Assembly: GCA_025059775.1 (NCBI GenBank)
Contig: JANXCW010000001.1
Coordinates: 65,588-129,587, forward strand
Direction of reading: 5' to 3'
DNA: 64,000 nt
From: Armatimonadota bacterium
GTDB lineage: Bacteria > Sysuimicrobiota > Sysuimicrobiia > Sysuimicrobiales > Sysuimicrobiaceae
The notes under the pieces were generated by a model. The model made no database searches and had not been told where the DNA came from. It was given only the letters and a program-made list of their open reading frames with translations. Below are positions 60,251 through 64,000 of the stretch, in pieces (within the stretch, counting starts at the first letter, position 1; each line of letters starts with the position of its first letter). The translations under genes and the position numbers were made by a program.

Positions 60251-62881
60251 TCAGCCGTCCTTCTGCTCCAGGACCTCCCGCACCTTGGCGGTGAGTTCCG
60301 GAATGAGGTAAGGCTTCTGCAGGAATCCCCTAGCTCCCTTCCGCAGGAGCTCTCCCGCAGCCCCTTCCTGGGTGTAGCCGCTGCTGAGGAGCACGCGGGC
60401 CTGAGGGTTGAGGCTCAGAAGGGCCTCGAAGACCTCCTGTCCGCTCATCCCGGGCATGATCATGTCCAGGATCACAAGGTCCACCTCGTCCCGCCACTGC
60501 TGGTAGAGCTCCAGGGCCTCCTCCCCGCTGCGGGCCACCAGGACCCGGTAGCCGCGGCGGGTGAGGACCTCCCGCAGCAGGTTGCACAGGGGCTCTTCAT
60601 CGTCCACCACGAGGATGAGTTCTCCGGATCCTTCCGCCACGCCCGTTGCTTCCTCCTCCTGGGGTTGGGGTTGCCATTCCACCGGTACGGGCAGGTACAC
60701 CTGAACCGTGGTCCCCTTGCCCACCTGGCTCTGGAGGTCTACGAACCCACCGTGGTTGCGCACGATCCCGTACACCATGGCCATGCCGAGTCCCGTGCCC
60801 TTCCCGGGCTCCTTGGTGGTGAAGAAGGGCTCGAAGACCCGGCTCTTCACGTAGTCGTCCATGCCCACCCCGGTGTCCCGGACGGTGAGCACCACGTAGC
60901 GTCGGAGGTTCGGAGGCCCCTGGGAGGTGGGATCGTCCGCGAGGGCCTCCCCGAGCTCCAGCGTTAGGATCCCGCCTTGCGGCATGGCGTCCTTGGCGTT
61001 CATGCACAGGTTCAGGATCACCTGCTGCAGCTGCCCAGGGTCTCCCTCCACCTCGGGCAAATCCTCCGGGAAGCGGGTCTGGATCTCGATCCGCTCGTGG
61101 AGGGTGCTCCGGAACAGGCTCAGCACCTCCTCGCAGAGGGTCCTGAGTTGCACCCGCTGGACCGTGAACTTCCCCCTGCGGGCGAATCCCAGGAGCTGGC
61201 GGGTGAGCTCACTGGCCCGCAGGGCGCTGCGCTCCACCACCTCGAGGTACTGACGGAAGGTGGCTTCCGGAGGAAGGTCCTCCTTGATGAGGCCGAGGTA
61301 GCCCACGATGGATCCGAGGATGTTGTTGAAGTCGTGGGCGATTCCGCCCGCCAGGGTCCCCAGGCTTTCCATCTTCTGGGCCTGGATGAGCTGCTCCTCC
61401 AGGCGCTTCTGCTCCGTCACGTCCCGGTACACGCCCACGATCCCCACCGTCTCCCCCACCTCGTTTCGGTGCACGGAGAGGGTGGCCGAAAGCCAGAGCA
61501 GCCGTCCGTCCTCCCGGCGGTGCTGCAGCTCCCCCCGCCACCGCCCCGCCCGCTGGAGAATGGCCCGGATCCGGTCCAGGTCAAAGGGACGGCCCTCCGG
61601 TCTGAGCAGATCCTGGAGCCGGCGGCCCACCACCTGCTCCGCCCGCCACGCATAGAGCGTCTCGCAGGCCCGGTTGCAGTACAGAATGCGTCCCTCCCAG
61701 TCCGTGGCGATGATGGCGTCGTGCACGCACTCCAACAGTTCCGCCTGGAACCGGAGGGCCTCTTCCATGCGACGCTCATGGGTGATGTCCCGGAGGATCC
61801 CCATGAGGACAGGTTTCCCCTCGAGCAGCACCCGGTTCGCCCGCAGCTCGCACGTGATCATGCCCCCGTCTGACCGCCTGCCCCGGAACACCACCGCCTC
61901 CTCCCGGCCCCTCTGCGCCAGACGATCCGCGAGGTACTGGGCCAGCCGGGGTCGATCTTCCTCCACGCACAGGGCCAGCAGCCCCATCCGGTGTACCGCC
62001 TCCACGGAGGAGACGCCGAACATGTGGACAAAGGACCGATTCACGAACCGGAAGAGCCCATCTTCCAGCAGGAACATGGCGTCCGGAGACCCCTCGATGA
62101 GCACCCGGTACCGGGTCTCGGACTCCCGCAGGCTCTCCTCGATCCGCCAGCGGCCGGTGACGTCGTAGGCGAAGGCGGCGAGGTGGTGTATCATCCCCCG
62201 GGGGTCCCGGAGTGGCGCCAGGACCACCTCCACCATGCGCGGGGTGCTTCCGTCGGAGGGAGTCCACTTCCGGGGGGGGAGGCGCACCACGTGCCCCCGC
62301 AGCGCCGCTTCCAGCAGCGGCCGGTCCACTGGACCGAAGACCGTGCCGTCCTGGAGCAGATGCCCCGGCGCCTGCTCGCGGGGGATGCCGAACAGCCGAT
62401 GCCACGCGGGATTGGTGACGACCGCGTTGCCCTCTGGGTCGTAGATCCCTACCGCCACGGGCAGATCCGCGATGGCACCCCGGATCCACTCCACCGGGAC
62501 CGGTCCGTAGAGCCCCGGAGGTTCGGAGAGCACCAGGTACGCGGAGCCGTCCGGGGCCCTCCTCGCCCGGGCCTCCACCTCCACCACCTCTCCGCTGATC
62601 CGCCGCAAGCGGAGGCGGCCCCCCCGCGGGTGCGGGGGAAGGCCCTGGAAGAACCTCCTGGAATCGCTGGAGCGCTCCACCAGATCCCGGAACGCAAACC
62701 CCACCAGGGAAGGAGCCCGGAGGCCTACCAGGCGGCCGGCCGCCTCGTTCGCCCGCAGGATCCGCCCATCCGCCCCTACGTGCAGGAGGGGAACGGGTAC
62801 GAGATCCCACAGGAGGTCCAGTGGATTGTGGAGCTCCTCTGTACGTCCCTGCGGACCGGGCTTTTTCCAGAACATGCCCAC
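60251..62881 (-). CDS. Hybrid sensor histidine kinase (about four PAS/PAC domains, HisKA, HATPase, REC)
   Basis: QKMESLGTLAGGIAHDFNN, NLCMNAKDAM, DTGVGM, FFTTK..GKGTGLG and a C-terminal REC domain (VVDDE...LDMIMP). Confidence 0.93.
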   Translation of the reverse strand: MGMFWKKPGPQGRTEELHNPLDLLWDLVPVPLLHVGADGRILRANEAAGRLVGLRAPSLVGFAFRDLVERSSDSRRFFQGLPPHPRGGRLRLRRISGEVVEVEARARRAPDGSAYLVLSEPPGLYGPVPVEWIRGAIADLPVAVGIYDPEGNAVVTNPAWHRLFGIPREQAPGHLLQDGTVFGPVDRPLLEAALRGHVVRLPPRKWTPSDGSTPRMVEVVLAPLRDPRGMIHHLAAFAYDVTGRWRIEESLRESETRYRVLIEGSPDAMFLLEDGLFRFVNRSFVHMFGVSSVEAVHRMGLLALCVEEDRPRLAQYLADRLAQRGREEAVVFRGRRSDGGMITCELRANRVLLEGKPVLMGILRDITHERRMEEALRFQAELLECVHDAIIATDWEGRILYCNRACETLYAWRAEQVVGRRLQDLLRPEGRPFDLDRIRAILQRAGRWRGELQHRREDGRLLWLSATLSVHRNEVGETVGIVGVYRDVTEQKRLEEQLIQAQKMESLGTLAGGIAHDFNNILGSIVGYLGLIKEDLPPEATFRQYLEVVERSALRASELTRQLLGFARRGKFTVQRVQLRTLCEEVLSLFRSTLHERIEIQTRFPEDLPEVEGDPGQLQQVILNLCMNAKDAMPQGGILTLELGEALADDPTSQGPPNLRRYVVLTVRDTGVGMDDYVKSRVFEPFFTTKEPGKGTGLGMAMVYGIVRNHGGFVDLQSQVGKGTTVQVYLPVPVEWQPQPQEEEATGVAEGSGELILVVDDEEPLCNLLREVLTRRGYRVLVARSGEEALELYQQWRDEVDLVILDMIMPGMSGQEVFEALLSLNPQARVLLSSGYTQEGAAGELLRKGARGFLQKPYLIPELTAKVREVLEQKDG

Positions 62882-62924
62882 GCAGCCTCAGGGATAAAGC
62901 AATTTCTGTGCCGTGCTTCGCGTA

Positions 62925-63923
62925 CTAGCCGTGCAGTTCGAGGATGTCTCCGTCCTCCAGCGGGTGATCCCGGCGCACCATCTGCCCCTGGTACGTCCGG
63001 CCCCACAGCCGGGCGTACTTCAGCTGCTCCGCGAGCTCCTTGTGGATGGCCTCCGCGGCGTCCAGCACCGTAGCACCCCGCGGGAGGACAAAGGGAGCAG
63101 AGAGGTCCGGTTTGCGGCCCGGGGGCTTGCTGTAGACCCGGATCACGCCCAGCATCCGAAAGATCCTGCCAGGCAGCTGCTCTAGGCCATAGCCCGTGAC
63201 CGCGGAGACGGGGATGGGAGAGCCGGGAAGGCGATCGCCCACCAACTCCTCCAAAACCCGGAGGTTCTCCTCCGCCCGAGGGAGATCCCACTTATTGGCC
63301 ACCACCAGGGTGCGCTTGCGGGCTCCCCGGGGGAGGGAGGGGTCCTCCTTCGCGGGCGCGTCCTCCGGCTCTAGGAACACCCGGCCGGCAGGGAGCAACC
63401 TCAGCGCGTCCTCCAGGTACAGGATGCCGTCGTCGCTGCAGTCCAGCACGAAGAGGGCCGCGTCCGCGGCCCGGATGAGGGCGTACAGCCACCCCTCGTC
63501 CATCTCCGGGCAGACGGGTGGGGTGTCCACCAGTTGGATCTGGACGTCCTCGAACCGCATCATGCCGGGGACCGGGGCCCGGGTGGAGATGGGATAGGGG
63601 GCGATCTCGGGTTGGGCGTTCGTGAGGGCCGCCACCAAGCTCGACTTGCCCGCGTTTGGGGGTCCGATGACGACCACCTGCCCCGCGCCCTCCCGCTCCA
63701 CGTGGTAGAAGGGCTGGGCGCGGGCAGTCCCCCGGCGGACCTGCAGCTCTTGCCGCAATCGGGCGATGCGGCGCTTGATGTCCGCCTGGAGCTTCTCCGT
63801 CCCCTTGTGCTTGGGGACGGTGCGCAGCATCTCCTCCAGGGCCTCCAGCTTCTCCTGGGGCGTGGAGGCTTCCCGGAACCGCTGCTCCGCGGCCAGGTAC
63901 TCCGGGGTCAGGTTGGCCGGCAT
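62925..63923 (-). CDS. DRG/OBG-family GTPase with TGS domain
   Basis: MPANLTPEY, PKHKGTEK, GPPNAGKSS, DTP, NKWD and TGS domain RVYSK...A..IH motifs. Confidence 0.88.
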   Translation of the reverse strand: MPANLTPEYLAAEQRFREASTPQEKLEALEEMLRTVPKHKGTEKLQADIKRRIARLRQELQVRRGTARAQPFYHVEREGAGQVVVIGPPNAGKSSLVAALTNAQPEIAPYPISTRAPVPGMMRFEDVQIQLVDTPPVCPEMDEGWLYALIRAADAALFVLDCSDDGILYLEDALRLLPAGRVFLEPEDAPAKEDPSLPRGARKRTLVVANKWDLPRAEENLRVLEELVGDRLPGSPIPVSAVTGYGLEQLPGRIFRMLGVIRVYSKPPGRKPDLSAPFVLPRGATVLDAAEAIHKELAEQLKYARLWGRTYQGQMVRRDHPLEDGDILELHG

Positions 63924-64000
63924 CCCGCTATTTAGATTACATGCGTATCATGGAAGGGATGCGGACGCGAACGCGAAAATCCGGTGTCCATCCGGCCCTC

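Noticed and set aside
1-64000. CRISPR array, IS element or prophage
   Set aside because: No regularly spaced repeats, transposase, integrase or phage genes were recognised.
63959-64000. Start of a plus-strand gene (MRTRTRKSGVHPAL...) after TATCAT and GGAAGG
   Set aside because: Only 14 codons lie within the window, too few to support a call.

Overview
GC-rich bacterial chromosome segment. The gene style suggests a thermophilic Armatimonadota/Chloroflexota-like lineage (inference only). No CRISPR array, rRNA, integrase or IS element was seen. From left to right it holds: (1) two envelope-stress operons (dioxygenase-like/YceI/HtrA/VWA and DUF6152/DUF6644/OmpR-family RR/HK/VWA) that share a 17-bp upstream box; (2) housekeeping genes, including sua5, an EndoV homologue missing its catalytic residues, an NTPase, an M16 peptidase pair and menC-like; (3) a 13-kb minus-strand copper-respiration cluster: Rrf2, clade II nosZ-B-D-F-Y, a YtkA-like lipoprotein, then an A2-type heme-copper oxidase lacking its K-channel residues, a PocR/LuxR regulator, a radical SAM enzyme and a cupredoxin; (4) a 10.6-kb decaying operon (2-oxoacid:ferredoxin oxidoreductase, HdrA-MvhD, HdrC/D-like, EtfAB, adenine deaminase); (5) tRNA-Phe, tRNA-Asp, a molybdoenzyme large subunit, pncB, a SufT-like gene, UPF0182 and a CorC/HlyC protein; (6) a nitrogen-assimilation operon amtB - unannotated 36-aa membrane peptide - glnA - ANTAR regulator, where two terminators are each overlapped by an identical 14-nt hairpin; (7) pilU, pilT and a Walker-A-less PilB with MshEN repeats, then tRNA-Asn, an AI-2E transporter, an isocitrate dehydrogenase remnant, a multi-PAS hybrid kinase and a DRG/TGS GTPase. 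The strongest leads are the K-channel-less oxidase linked to N2O reductase and the ANTAR antitermination circuit with its small membrane peptide. All family calls come from motif recognition by eye; no database search was run.
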